Source of the DNA: Malacoraja senta | Lineage: Eukaryota | Direction: 5' to 3' | DNA length: 64,000 nt | Assembly: GCA_038087875.1 (NCBI GenBank) | Contig: CM075989.1 | Coordinates: 23,252,001-23,316,000, forward strand | In this document: positions 13,795 to 27,251 of the stretch, in pieces | Position numbering within the stretch: the first letter of the stretch is position 1 | Layout of the letters: each line of letters begins with the position of its first letter | Program-made: the position numbers and the translations under genes | The notes under the pieces: generated by a model | Databases searched by the model: none | The model's input: only the letters and a program-made list of their open reading frames with translations | What the model was told of the DNA's origin: nothing

Positions 13795-14548
13795 GGGGCG
13801 CCACACAATTGGCTGCCCCGCCAACAGTCTGTCTATTTTTTTGTCTTAAATTTGTTTTTTTGTGTGTGTTAAAAGTCTGTGTAAATGTTCTCCGGTTTGT
13901 TTTATGTGGGGGGAGGGGGGTGGGGTCGGGGGAAACTTTTTTCTCAATCTCTTACCTTGTCGGAGATGCGATTGTTTTCCGGATCGTATCTCTGGTCGCT
14001 CTGCAGCCTACCATCGATGGAGCTGGAGGACTCCTCGGACTGACTTTGTGCCCCACTGCGGGGCGTGGACTTAACATCGGAGCTGATCCCTTGCCTGGGA
14101 TCGCTCCAACCCGCGGCCTGCGGACTTACCATCAAGAGCTCGCAGTCTCGGGAGAGGCCGAGTCGGGACGCTCCAACGATGCAGAGGCTCGACCAGCCCC
14201 GACCCGGGGGGTCCGATCGCCGGCACGGAGGAGCTGACATCCCCCCGATGCAGGAGCTGATCGCCCCGATGCAGAGGGCCCAAACACCACCAGCTACGGG
14301 CCAAGATCGTCCCATCAACGGAGGACTTGAGGCCCCTGACCGCGGAAGAGCAAAGGGAAGAGATTTGAACTTTTTTTTGCCTTCCATCACAGTGAGGAAT
14401 GTGGAGGAGTCACTGTGGTGGATGTTTATGTTAAAATGTATTTTGTGCGTTCCATTGCTTTTTATTTGTACGACTGACTTGGCAAATCAAATTCCTCGTA
14501 TGTTGCAAAACATACTTGGCTAATAAAGTATTATTGTGATTGTGATTG
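13795..14548 (+). mobile_element. Unclassified GC-rich non-coding retroposon (hairpin family, copy A)
   Basis: Shares a G-run head, the gccttccatcacagtgagg...tcactgtggtggatg hairpin and an aataaa+microsatellite tail with 58002-58785 and 60568-61200. Confidence 0.6.
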
Positions 14549-17056
14549 GTGCAACCTCGCCCAATGTTAGGGTAAAGGGTAGAGCATAAGATAGTGAGGA
14601 GGGGTATGACAAGTAGCAGGCACATGCAGTACTTGCCCCCACCCCAGCAATCCAGCTGTGCCTGGTGAAGAAGGGTCTTGACCCGAAACGTCACCTGTTC
14701 CTTACACTCCCTCGACTCTTGGTGTCATCGTTCCGACACAGCCGTTATAACTGTGACTTTGACATCAAAAAAAGTTTGATTGGAGAGCTACATTGAGAGA
14801 TTAAGAAGGTACTGCAGATGCAGGAAAAATCGAAAGTCGACAACCATTCTGGAGAAACTCAGCGGGTGAGGCAGCATCTATGGAGCGAAGCAATAGGCTG
14901 CCTCACCCGCTGAGTTTCTCCAGCATTTTTGTCTACATTGAGAGATTAGTGTGGATGACTAACAGTTAATCACTGACAAAAAGTTTTAAAGAAATATCTT
15001 AAAGAAGGAGTAAGTGAGATTGTAATCATATATTGTCTTTCCCCTGAGGGTCTCGATAGGTGAAGACCGTGACCAACAGTGTTCAATCAGAATGATGACC
15101 AAATCAAACAAACCTTCCTTCCATTAACCCCATCTACACTTCATGCTGCCTCGGCAAGGCCAGCAACATAATCAAGGCCCAGTCTCACTCCCTCTTTCCC
15201 CCCCTCCCATCAGGCAAAAGGTACAGAAGTTTGAAAACGCACACCTCCAGATTTAGAGACAGTTTCTTCCCAGCTGTTATCAGGCAACTGAACCGTCCTC
15301 TCACCAACTGGAGTGCGGTCCAAACCTCCAATGTACCTCATTGGAGACCTTCAAATTATTTTATATAAGACTTTACTGGACTTTATCTTGCACTAAACAT
15401 TATACCCTTTACCCTGTATCTGTACACTGTGGACGGCTTGTGTTTCTGTGTAGTTTCTTGTCACGTGTACCGAGGTACAGTGAAAAGCTTTTGTTGCATG
15501 CTAACCAGTCAGCGGAAATGCAATATATGATTACAATTGATCCATTTACAATGTTGTAATCTTGTATAGTCTTTTCGCTGACTGGTTAGCACACAACAAA
15601 AGCTTTTCACTGTACATCGGTACATGTGACGATAATAAACTGACATAAACTATTATTTTCCTCCCCTCCCTTCAGCCAAATTGCATCACCTCACATCTCG
15701 ATATTAAATTTCATCTGTAACTTACCTGACAATGTCCAAGTGAATAAGATCACAAGACACAGGAGCAGAATTAGGCCATTCAGCCCTTCGAATCTGCTCC
15801 ACCATTCGATCGTGGCTGATCTAACTTTCCCCTCTCAACCCCATTCTCCTGCCTTCACCCTATAATCTTTGACACCCTTAATAATGAAGAATCTATAGAT
15901 TTCCGCTTTAAAAATATCCATTGACTTGGCCTCCACAGCCGTCTGTGGCAATGAATTCCACAGATTCACCACCCTCTTGGCTAAAGAAATTCCTCCTCAT
16001 CTCCATTCTAAAGGTACGTCTTTTTCTGAGGCTGTGCCCTCTGCTCCTCGAACTTGACTAGGAAGTAGAGGAATTCTACAACTTTCAAAATTTGAATTCA
16101 TACATCTTTGCTCTAATGCTATTGACTCTTTGGGTGTAGGTCTTTGATTTACCACAATGCTATTTTTCGCTGTAATGAATAGCATACCACTCTCTGAGCT
16201 TACAAATGCATCTTGCCTACATCACCACTGTGCACTTTGTTCAACCTTAACATGTTAAATAGGAAGAGATTTTCCTGGATGATTGCTTTCTTCAAATTGA
16301 TGAATGACTGTACAGTTCTCCCTAGTCTGCCTTAGCCAGGGCATTGTAGGGTGAAATCAGCCCCGGGAAATGGGCGATGCAACCTCTTGTCTAGCTCTGA
16401 CATTAGTTTCCTGCTTTTTTTTAAAGAGATACCGCACGGAAACAGGCCCTTCGGCCCACCGAGTCCGTGCCGACTAGCGATCCCCGCACATTAACGCTAT
16501 CCTACATACACTAGGGACAAATGACATTTATACCAAGCCTAATAACCTACATTACTGCACATCCTTGGAATGTGGGAGGAAGCCGGAGCACCCGAGGAAA
16601 ACCCACGCAGGTCATGTGGAGAATGTACAAACTCCCTACAGACAGCACCGGCAGTCAGGATCGAACCCGGGTCTCTGGCGCTGTGAGGCAGCAACTCTAC
16701 CGCTGCGCCACCATGCCAGTTCCCCTTGACAGAAGTCCTCCATCGTCTTCCTGGTCTCAGCTGAAGGTGGCTGAAACGGAATAAACGTCAAAGGCTTGAC
16801 ACCCTGTGACTGGCCACAGTCCAACATACATTCCTGAAACTCTGACGCGATTACTTATCTCTCTGTAAATACATTTTTGATCTTCAGGTCCATTCTTTAC
16901 TAGCGGAAACTGCTGGTGTAATTATAGATGCCACCGCCGCCTTCTCCATTTACACAACGTGTCATAAAATATCACCTTCACTCTAACACCAAGCAGGGAC
17001 TCCCAGTTCAATTATTTATTTAGAACCTTTCATTCTATTTGAATCAATTCAAGTAT

Positions 17057-17711
17057 AAGATAAGATAAGATAAGATATACCTTTAATAATCCTTTACAGG
17101 AAATTACAGTGCCACGACAGCTTCAAGACAGACATAACACCACACATTTCCTCAAATAGCTTCCATACTTAACAAGTTAAAATACAAGTTAAAATACAAG
17201 TTAAAATACAATTAAAATACAGTTATTTATGCGCATTATATAACCTTATAGCAGCTGGTAAACAGGACTTCTTATGTCTCTCAGTTTTGCACATTGGTGC
17301 AATCAGTCTCTGACTGAAGATGCTGCTCTTGATCACCTTCAGGGCATGGAGTGGGTGAGTGGGGTTGGTCATTATAGAACCCAGTTTGTTCAGAGTTCTG
17401 GCCTCTGCCACCTGCTGGACCGTTCGTTGCTCAGCCCCGACCACTGAGCCGGCCTTCCTGATCAGTTTGTCCAGTCTGTTTTTGTCCGCTATGCGGGCGC
17501 CATCTCCCCAACAGGCCACAGCAAAAAACAGAGCACTGGCCACCACTGAATGGTAGACACTGCACAGTAGGGGTTGGCAGATGTTAAATGACCTCAGCCT
17601 CCTTAAAAAATACAGTCGGCTTTGTCCCTTCCTGTACACCGCCTCCATATGACACTTCCAGTCCAGCTCACTGTCAAGCTGCACACCAAGGTACCAGTGG
17701 TTAGCGACCAC
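17057..17711 (-). mobile_element. Rex1/Babar-clade LINE 3' end (RT C-terminus, UTR, (TCTTA)n tail)
   Basis: Uninterrupted frame YLGVQLDSELDW...KGQSRLYFLRRLRSF...VVASALFFAVACWG...RLDKLIRKAGSVVG...HPLH. Confidence 0.85.
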
Positions 17712-17920
17712 CTCCTATACACTATACACTATACACTATAGTTAAATCCTCACGGGAATAGCAAAGACATGGCTTGGTACGGAATGCTAGAGTAACTCAA
17801 TGGGTCAGGCAGCATCCCTGGGGAAAATGGATTGGTGATGTTTTGGGTCAGGACCTTTCTTCAGTCTGAAGAAGGGTCCCAACACAAAATATCACCTATC
17901 TCTTCTTCTGATTTGATTTT

Positions 17921-17948
17921 CTGAAGAAGGGTCTCGGCCCGAAACGTC
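17921..17948 (+). ncRNA. Minimal type I hammerhead ribozyme core in PLE terminal repeat
   Basis: CUGAAGA-A-GGGU-CUCG-GCCC-GAAA-CGUC. Confidence 0.6.
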
Positions 17949-18155
17949 ACCCATTCCTTTTCTCCAGAGATGCTGCCTGTCCTGCTGAGTTACTCCAGCA
18001 TTTTGTGTCTATCTTTGGTTTTAAACCAGCATCTGCAGTTCCTTCCTGCACACTGAGATTCACCTACTTTGGAGATACAGCGTGGAAACAGGCCTTTCGG
18101 CCCACTAAGTCCACGCCAACCACAATCACCTGTACACCAGTTCTATCCTACACAC

Positions 18156-18976
18156 TGTAGATGAGATATGCGTGTGCCTTTAATATAGTTACCTCATCAC
18201 TATTAACCACTCCCCATATCACAAGTATAATTACAACCTCCCCACCCACATATCGCTCTCTAGTTCGTGTGATAGACCACGTACAGCTAGTGCCTTCTAT
18301 AATGCTGCAGTATGAATAAAGGTAGTAAAGTAACGATGTGTCGTTAACGCTTCTTTACATGGTGTCAGAAGTGGGATCCTTTTGCTCCCCCACTGCAGTT
18401 TCAGCACCCGGGCGATGCTCTGCCCGCCACTCCTCGCATGCCACGATCTCTACCCTCTCAACTCCTTCCATCCCATCCTCCTCTGGCTAGTCCTCACTCG
18501 CCTGCCCGCTCGCTGCCCGCTGCTGAACCGCATCTCCTCCTGCTTTTTTGCCATTATCTTCTCCGTCCCTTCCGGTTTCCCCCTTTCCAGTTCGTCTGTC
18601 CTCACCTGTGCCACTTCTTCCTGCCGGAAGGGAGGATGGCGAGATGCGAACCCGGTCGGGACGTGTTGTCAAACCGCCTGTCCGCTATGGTGATTTTGTT
18701 TAACCGTTCTAGCGCATGAGACGTGGTCGCCCTGTCACTATTGTATTTGCCTTTCGTTTCCAAGGGGAAGGATGTAGATGAGATATGCATGTGCCTTTAA
18801 TATAGTTACCTCATCACTACTAACCACTCCCCATATCACAAGTATAATTACAATCTCCCCACCCACATATCGCTCTCTAGTTCCTGTGATAGACCACGTA
18901 CAGCTAGTGCCTTCTATAATGCTGCAGTATGAATAAAGGTAGTAAAGTAACAATGTGTCGTTAACGCTTCTTTACA
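18156..18976 (+). mobile_element. Complete miniature (internally deleted) Gypsy LTR retrotransposon
   Basis: Two 204-bp TG...CA LTRs (18156-18359, 18773-18976), PBS tggtgtcagaagtgggat, PPT aaggggaagga and 5-bp TSD cacac. Confidence 0.93.
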
Positions 18977-19580
18977 CACACTAGGGAACAAAACATCGCC
19001 TGTCCATTTTCAAAGTGATGAAGGGTCCCAACCCAAAACATCACCTATCCATGTTCTCCAGAGATGCTGACTGACCCGCTGAGTTACTCCAGCACTTTGT
19101 GTCTACTTTGGGTTTAAACCAACATCTGCAGTTCCTTTTTATTACAATATAGCAAAGACACGGGGTTAGCAAAGAAAATAACAAATCACCATCAAATATT
19201 TAAGGGAGGAATATAAGATATTTGCAGATACAAAGGTTAGTCAAGAAAGATGATCTTCCAAAGTACTCTCAAGTCAGAACCATCACAGATAACAAATGGG
19301 ATCTATCCATTCAATATGAGAGATGGCAAATCAAGACCAATATGTCTTGTTAGTCTGCAACTGGTTGTCAGCAAAATATATCATCAATTAGTGAACAGAG
19401 TAGCAGGGCCCTGGAAATCAATCAGAATCCCTATAGTTCAATAACAGAGCAATTGTACATGGAAAATGGTTGTTGCTGAAGGTTGTAACTAACAGAGAAT
19501 AAGAGGATATTGTATTAACGACAGGATGTGATATATGTGGATTTTCAGAGCACATTTGATCTAGTAATTCACCAAAGCTT

Positions 19581-19762
19581 AAAGAAGGAACTGCAGATGC
19601 TGGAAAATCGAAGGTACACAAAAATGCTGGAGAAACTCAGCGGGTGCAGCAGCATCTATGGAGCGAAGGAAATAGGCAACGTTTCGGCCCGAGACGTTGC
19701 CTAGTTCCATCGCTCCATAGATGCTGCTGCACCCGCTGAGTTTCTCCAGCATTTTTGTGTAC
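19581..19762. mobile_element. Palindromic PLE terminal-repeat insertion (GUU subfamily)
   Basis: Inverted arms, flanked by the 14-bp duplication attcaccaaagctt. Confidence 0.8.
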
Positions 19763-20897
19763 ATTCACCAAAGCTTGTTACATTAAAAAAAGCAACATGG
19801 GTCTTCTTCTTATCGAGTCCACGTCACAAGATTAGAAATTGTTCAGCCAGAGCTGAACACACTTCTCGGCATCTGCACACAATGGTGTCTGTCTTGTCGC
19901 TTCTTGCACTTCTTGTGCGTGGTGGTGGAAAGATTGAAGAAAAAACGAATGCTCAAAGTATCCAACATGACAGCAGGGTGATGCAGTGGCAAAGTTGGTG
20001 CCTTACAGGGTCAGAGACCAAGGTACGATCCTGCCTATGGGTGCTGTCTGTGTGGAGTTTGCATGTTCTCCCTGTAACCTGCGTGGGTCTTCTCCGGGAG
20101 CTCCAGTTTCCTCCAACACTCCAAAGGCGTGCAGGTTTGTAGGTTAATTTGGCTTCGGTAAGAATTGTAAATTCTCCGTAGTGTGTGTAGGATAGTGCTA
20201 GTGCACAGAGGTCACTGGTCAGCGTGGGCCGAAGGGCTTGTTTCCACGCTGTATCTCTAAACTAAACTAAACCAAACAGTGATGGATACAAAGTGCCGGC
20301 ACAAGTCAGCGGGTCAGGCAGCATCTCTGGAGAAAAAGGATGGGTGACGTTTCAGCCAAAATGTCACCCATCCAGGGCCTGCATCTCTCAACTAAACTGA
20401 AGGCCAGGCAGCATCTGTAGAGCATTTAGCTGGCATGGACTTAGAATAACCAAGGTGGATCACTCCTCTGAAGGGAGTCAGCATCACCTTGGCTCTACAC
20501 CTGGTGACAGAGACTGCGCAACGTAGACTTTAACTTCGGAGTGAAAGCAGATGGTTCTGTAATGCAGCAGGAATCAATACTAACCTGCCTGGAATTCAAG
20601 TACGCTGTTAGTGATGAAAATTGGAGTGACCGCAGTCTGACAGTGAGAATGCAAAATGGCTGGATGCTGTTCGACATTTCATCAAACCAATGCTTAGGTT
20701 TTCTATGGGGAAGCTCAAGAGAATTTGTTTGTTGTAAGAGCCCCCTCCTCTGGTAGCAGTAATTATTACTGTCACGTGCACCGAGGTACAGTAAAAAGCT
20801 TTGTTTTGCATCAGATGGGATAATACTATACATAAATACTAACAAGTCAAACTCCGGTACAATAGGTAGAGCAAAGGGGAAGATACAGAGTGCAGAA

Positions 20898-21093
20898 GAT
20901 AGACACAAAAAGCTGGAGTAACTCAGTGAGACAGACAGCATCTTTGGAGAGAAGGAATGGGTGACGTTTTGGGTCGAGACCCTTCTTCAGGTCACCCATT
21001 CCTTCTCTCCAGAGATGCTGCCTGTCCCGCTGAGTTACTCCAGCTTTTTGTGTCTATCTTCGGTTTAAACCAGCATCTGCAGTTCCTTCCTGC
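20898..21093. mobile_element. Palindromic PLE terminal-repeat insertion (GUC subfamily)
   Basis: Inverted arms, flanked by the 17-bp duplication agatacagagtgcagaa. Confidence 0.8.
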
Positions 21094-22139
21094 AGATACA
21101 GAGTGCAGAATATAGTTCTGAGCATCAGTTCCATGGACAAAGTTCAATGTCCGCAATGGGGTAGAGGTGAATTGGACAGTACCCTAGCTTGTGTGTAGCC
21201 CAGCCTAGTTTCAGATTGAGAACTCTATGTTTACACATATGCTGGCGAGGCTCAGTGGTGCAACTTATAGAATTGCTGTCTCACATTGGTTGGGTATTCC
21301 GATTTCCTCCCACTTCCAAAAGGAGTTAATTGGTAAGCTCTGGAAATAAAGAACTGCAGATGCTGGTTTACACCTGAGATAGACACTAAAAGCTGAAGTA
21401 ACTCAGCAGGACAATAAACTCTCTTGAATCTTGAATCTTGAGGACAGGCAGCATCTTTGGAGAGAAAGAATAGGTGATGTTTTGGGCCTGACATCCAGAC
21501 TGAAGAAGGGTCTTGACCCGAAATGTCACCTATTCCTTTTCTCCAGAGATGCTGCCTGACCCGCTGAGCAAACTTTGGCTGAAGAGAATTTGAGGGAAAT
21601 AGGTTACAGGCAAAATTACTGGAGAAATGGGTGCGAGCCAGTATATTTGCAATGGGCTAAATGACCTGTTTCATGAGGTGATTTGTATGCATTAATTAAA
21701 ATAGATAAATGAGTTAGTTTGTGAATGGAATTGAGAGAGGATTTGTCTGCACGCAGTGTTCATGTTCAGCCACTGGGTGGCGTGCCCGAGCCATACTGCA
21801 GGATCCTGAGGAACTACCATGGATTTCAGATGGTTGGCCATTGATGTCCTCTTAGTGACAATGTACAGTTAATTATCTCCAAGTCAGTGGCGCTTGAAGT
21901 GAATGGGGAGGTTCATAATTGGTAGCTGCATTGCCTGGTTTATTCTTGTGCTGAAAGTTAAAATTAGCCTTCTCCCTCAGCACAATGCCTCATTTACCCT
22001 GGACATGCTGTCCTTCCAAACATCAGCAGTAACAGTGTGTCGCAAGGAACCGCAGATGCTGGTTTACATCGAAGGTAGACACAAAATGCTGGAGTAACTC
22101 AGCCAGACAGGCAGCATCTCTGGAGTGACTCAGCAGGAC

Positions 22140-22455
22140 CAGGGGCCACAGTTTAAGAATAAGGAGTGAGCCATTTACAACGGAGACGAGGAAACACTTT
22201 TTCTCACAGAGAGTGGTGAGTCTGTGGAATTCTCTGCCTCAGAGGGCAGTGGAGGCAGGTTCTCTGGATGCTTTCAAGAGAGAGCTAGATAGGGCTCTTA
22301 AAAATAGCGGAGTCAGGGGATATGGGGAGAAGGCAGGAACGGGGTACTGATTTGGGATGATCAGCCATGATCACATTGAATGGCGGTGCTGGCTCGAAGG
22401 GCCAAATGGCCTACTCCTGCACCTATTGTCTATTGTCTATTGTCTATTGTCTATT
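22140..22455 (+). mobile_element. CR1 LINE 3' end with (tctattg)n tail
   Basis: Encodes FFSQRVVSLWNSLPQRAVEA, followed by 3' UTR and tail. Confidence 0.85.
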
Positions 22456-24289
22456 GAAGGAATGGGTGATGTTTCGGGTCAGGACCCTTCTACAGACCTT
22501 CTTCAGAGTAATAGTTTGCAATGCGAATACAGATACATTTCCACAAGTACAAACGTGCACAGGCCATTTTATGCTCACAAGTTATAGGAGTACAATTAGG
22601 CCATTCGGCCCATCGAGTCTACTCCGCCATTCAATCATGGCTGATCTCTGCCTCTTAATCCCATTTTCTTTCAAGAATTTGTCTGTCTCTGCCTTAAAAA
22701 TATCCACTGACATGGCCTCCACAGCCCTCTGTGGCAATGAGTTCCACAGATTATCTACCCTCTGACTAAAAAAGTTCCTCCTCACCTCCTTTCCAAAATG
22801 CTCATACCCTCACTACATACGTATGTTATTTGCTCCCATTTTCTTCCATTCTCTTCTCTGACTTCATGCACCTCCTCAGCCCAATAACCTGCTTTGGGGC
22901 TGCAGACCTGATGCAGGGTCTTGGCCCAAAACATCACCTGTTCCTTTGCCTCCACAGATGCTGCTCGACCCACTGAGTTCCTTCCGCAGTTCATTTTATG
23001 CTTAGCCTGCCTTGGACTCTGTGTTTTTGCTGGTCCCTGGCGCTGTGAGGCAGCAACTCTACCGCTGCACCACTGTGCCGCCCAGTAGATGCCGCCCACT
23101 GCATTGTCCAATGTATCGTGTCACCTTGGGAACAGCCCAAACTCTCTGGAAAAATGCACATTAGGCTTTGTGATGTTGCTAAAGGGAAGTGAAAACGAGT
23201 CAAGTATATGGACTAAACTCTTGAAAGAAGGGCTTTTAGACATTGACAATAGATTGCTCAACTTAAAACCCCAAAGACTCAATGCTGGAGATATTACATT
23301 TGAACAAACTGCATCAAATTGAGCAATAACTTGTCATGAGGCCAAGCGTTCCTTCAAGACAGTTGATGTCATTTGCGCAAGGATTTATTGCCAGGGTGGG
23401 ACTGAGTGTGGGAGCTTTGAACAAAGAGTTAGGGAGTGATGGATATCGCCGAAGGAAAATTAACATTTAAAAGCAGCAGGTGACAAGACTCCAGAATATA
23501 TTCTATGGAGCCCGCTGGAGAAAAAGATTAATGTCGGCAGGTTGAGTCGACTGATTTGCTCTCCAGCTCGCCCTAGCTGGTGCCGTCGAGAAGCCAAGTG
23601 CCGTTATCTCCTGTGAAAGCGTACATTACACAAAACGAGAATGAATCAGTGTAATATCAGCAGGATCCTTTGCAATTAGTTCGCTGCTATGAGAAGCCTA
23701 GAACTCTCGATAAATCCAGCCTGAAGTTTCTACAGGATTAATAGTACTCCATGCCAGGCTTAAGAAACCATTCTAATTGGGTTTTTCGTTGAGGAATGAG
23801 CTTTTAAAATGAATGATACCGAACATTCCCTGATGCACTGAACTGCTGTTGGTGACAATCATTTATTTTACCAGACCCTGTGGCAATTCAATTGGTACAA
23901 TATTTATAATTTATCTGTCTATCCATCTCTAAACCTGCCTGTCTCTCTGTCTATGCACCCATCCGTTCATCCGTCTGACTGTCTGCAACCGTATCTACAA
24001 TATATCACACATTGAAGAACAAAACTATTTTTAGTCTGCCTGTTGAGGTATCAGTTACCCACTCCATTGATTTATGGAGCCATCTGCCTTTCCAGTCATC
24101 TATCCATTCTATATATCTCTCTCTCTCTCTCTCTGTCTCACACTCCAAAGACGTACAGGTTTGTGGGTTAATTGGTTTCTGTAAAATTGTAAACTGTCCC
24201 TAGTGTGTGTAGGATAGTGCTAGTGTACAGGGGGTGATCGCTGGTTGGAACATACTCGGTGGGCTGAAGGGTCTTTGTCTGTTCTAAAT

Positions 24290-24379
24290 CTATCTATCCA
24301 TCCATCCATCCATCCATCCATCCATCCATCCATCCATCCATCCATCCATCCATCCATCCATCCATCCATCCATCCATCC

Positions 24380-24410
<31 letters not shown>
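24290..24410 (+). repeat. (TCCA)n/(TCTA)n microsatellite
   Basis: Direct tandem run. Confidence 0.97.
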
Positions 24411-24889
24411 CTACAAAGGTTTGGGGGCAGGATTGGAAGATTGAGATCATTGGGGAGAAATGGAGAGTGCTGGAGGAACTCAGTGGATCGGGCATCATCT
24501 GAAGGGGAAATGGATGATGGTATTTTGGTTTGTGAGTGATAGGAAGCAGGGCAGCCAGTGGGCAGAAATGGATGTGTCCCTGGTGTGGGTAACTGATGGT
24601 GAATGGATCGTTACCCTGGATGAAAGCCAAGGGAAGGAATGTGGAGGTTGATTTCCTCGGAGAAAATGTGGAGCAATACCATTTTGTTCTTTGTGGTTGC
24701 AAGCTGCAGGGAAAGTGGTTTCATCTGAGGAGCATCTGAAGCAAGACAGGCAACATTTGAACAGGATGGAGCAGAGCCCGAGGCATGGAAAGGTGGTGAG
24801 ACAGATGAAGAGAGGCCAAGGCAGCAGATGGTGGTGAGTCACACAGAGTCTTCAAACAGAATATATCACAAGAATGTCTCGAGAGGAGC

Positions 24890-25205
24890 TGGCACGGTGA
24901 CGCAGCGGTAGAGTTGCTGCCTCACAGCGCCAGAGATCCGGGTTCAATCCTGACCTCAGGTGCTGTCTGTACGGAGTTTGTACGTTCTTCCTGTGACCAC
25001 ATGGGTTTTCTCCGGGTGCTCCGGTTTACTCCTACACTCCAAAGATGTGCAGGATTGTAGGTTAATTGGCTTCGGTAAAAAAAAAGGTTAAAATATTGTC
25101 CCTAGTGTGTGTAGGATAGTGTTAATGAGCGGGGATCGCTGGTCAGCGAGGACCCGATGGACCGAAGGGCCTGTTTCCGCGCTGTGTCTCTAAATTAAAC
25201 TAAAC
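24890..25205 (+). mobile_element. HE1-type V-SINE, full length
   Basis: tRNA head, V core and CR1 tail. Confidence 0.88.
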
Positions 25206-26130
25206 TCAAACTAAATGCCAGTTCTTTTCCCCAGGCCGACAAATGACCAATGGTCCATGCAGTTAATGGGCTGAGCCAGAGGTGATTGTACCATACAACA
25301 ACAGCTATCCAGAGCACCCGGAGAAATCCTACGCAGTCACAGGGAGAAAGTACAAACTCTGTACAGACAGCACCTGAAGTTAGGATGGAACCCTGGTCTC
25401 TGGCGCTGTGAGACAGCAACTCTACCGCTGTGCCACCATGCCGCCCTTCTTGAGGCATTCTTGTGATACAATTCTCTTTGAAGCTTTTAGTCCATTTTTT
25501 TTACCTTCCTAGTGCATTTGTGGGCAGCCAATGAACGGCAGCAAGCCAACCAAGACTTCTCCACAATGACAAATTAAGGGCCAAATATTGCATTAGATTC
25601 AGTGGCACACTTCAAACCACCTCTGACCTAATTAAAGTAGTCACCTTAATCTGCAATTAGAAACAAAGATATTTTCACCTTTGGCTTTCAGGTCTCAAAA
25701 GTGCTTTGAAGTTAATGTGTATTAGTTGGGTGGTGTGCTTTCCATTGTAACCTGGCTAATGGGGCAACAAATGCAACTTCCTTCAGCACAGTCCAACCCA
25801 CAGACAGCAGTGAAGTGGTTAATTACTTCAAGGGTTTTAATGACATGGTTTTTTTCTTATTCATGACCGGAACACTAGGTTTTTGTTCCTTTGTTAATTG
25901 AAGGACAATAATGGAAATGATGGAAATAATGGAATCAGTCTGAAGAAGGGTCTCAACCCAAAACGTCACCCATTCCTTCTCTCCAGTGATGCTGCCTCTC
26001 CCGCTGAGTTACTCCAGCATTTTGTGTCTTACTTCTGCGTAAACCAGCATCTGCAGTTCCTTCCTACACAATACTGTTTTCTTGCTCATTCCAGGTGAGT
26101 TACAGACAGAGCCAGCATTTAATTGTCCAT

Positions 26131-26286
26131 GGTAGACAAAAATGCTGGAGAAACTCAGCGGGTGGAAGGGTTTCGGGCCGAAACGTTGCCTATTTCCTTC
26201 GCTCCATAGATGCTGCTGCACCCGCTGAGTTTCTCCAGCATTTTTGTCCATCTTCGATCTTCCAGCATCTGCAGTTCCTTCTTAAA
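26131..26286. mobile_element. PLE terminal-repeat insertion with short inverted arm
   Basis: Flanked by the 15-bp duplication catttaattgtccat. Confidence 0.78.
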
Positions 26287-27251
26287 CATTTAATTGTCCA
26301 TCCCTGATTCTGCTGCAGAAGGCGGTGGTGACTCCTTTCTTGAGCTGTTGCAGTCCTTGAGGTATCGGGAACGCACAACGTTATTCGGAAGAGAGTTGCA
26401 CCATTTTGACCGAGTGCCATTGAAAGAACAGCAATATATTTCCATGTGTTTATTTCTCACCTATATTACGCATCCCCCTCTCCCCCTTTCCCCTGGTGGT
26501 TCTACTAGTCCCTCTGTTCACATCCATGTAGCCCTTCATTATCACTTCTTCCCCAGCCAACAATGGACCATTGTGGGCTCCACCCTACCTTGGTCATCTG
26601 TTGCCGACCCTGATTTATTCTGCCTTTTTCCTACCTCCATTCCCTTCTACTTTCAGTCTGAAGAAGTGTTCCGACCCGAAATGTCACCCATCCTTTTTCC
26701 CCCAGGAGATTCTGCCTGACCCATTGAGTTACACCAGCACTTTCTGTCCATCTCCGGTATAAACCAGCACCTGCAGTTCCTTCCAACACATATTTAGGTG
26801 AGCTTAGTTTAGTTTTGAGATAGTGCGGAAACAGGCCCTTTGGCCCACCAAGTCCACGCCGACCAGAGACCCCCGCACATTCACACTATCCTACACACAC
26901 TAGGGACAATTTACACATACACCAAGCCAAGTAACTTACAAACTTGTACATATTTGGAGTGTGGGAGGAAACCGAAGATCTCGGAGAAAACCCATGCAGG
27001 TCACGGGGAGAACGTACAAACTCCGTACAGGCAGCACCCGTGGTCGGGATCGAACCCTGGTCTCTGGCGCTGCAAATGCTGTAAAGCAGCAACTCTACCG
27101 CTGCGTCACCGTGTGCCCCATATTTCTAAGTCAGGATGGTGTGTGTGGCTTGGATGGTGACCTCCAGGTGATGGTGACCTCATGCTTTTGCTGCCCTTGT
27201 CCTTCTGGCTTGTAGAGGTGATGTGTTTGGAAGTCACGAGACAGAACATTG

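Noticed and set aside
13809..14523. Stacked 140-180 aa ORFs in GC-rich blocks (also 58028-58753, 60582-61142, 62195-62601)
   Set aside because: They lie within repeats, are open on both strands because of GC content, and show no recognisable domain or splice structure. These blocks were also rejected as gene-promoter CpG islands.
20495..20760. Unique-looking stretch with 70-150 aa ORFs
   Set aside because: No recognisable homology or convincing splice sites.
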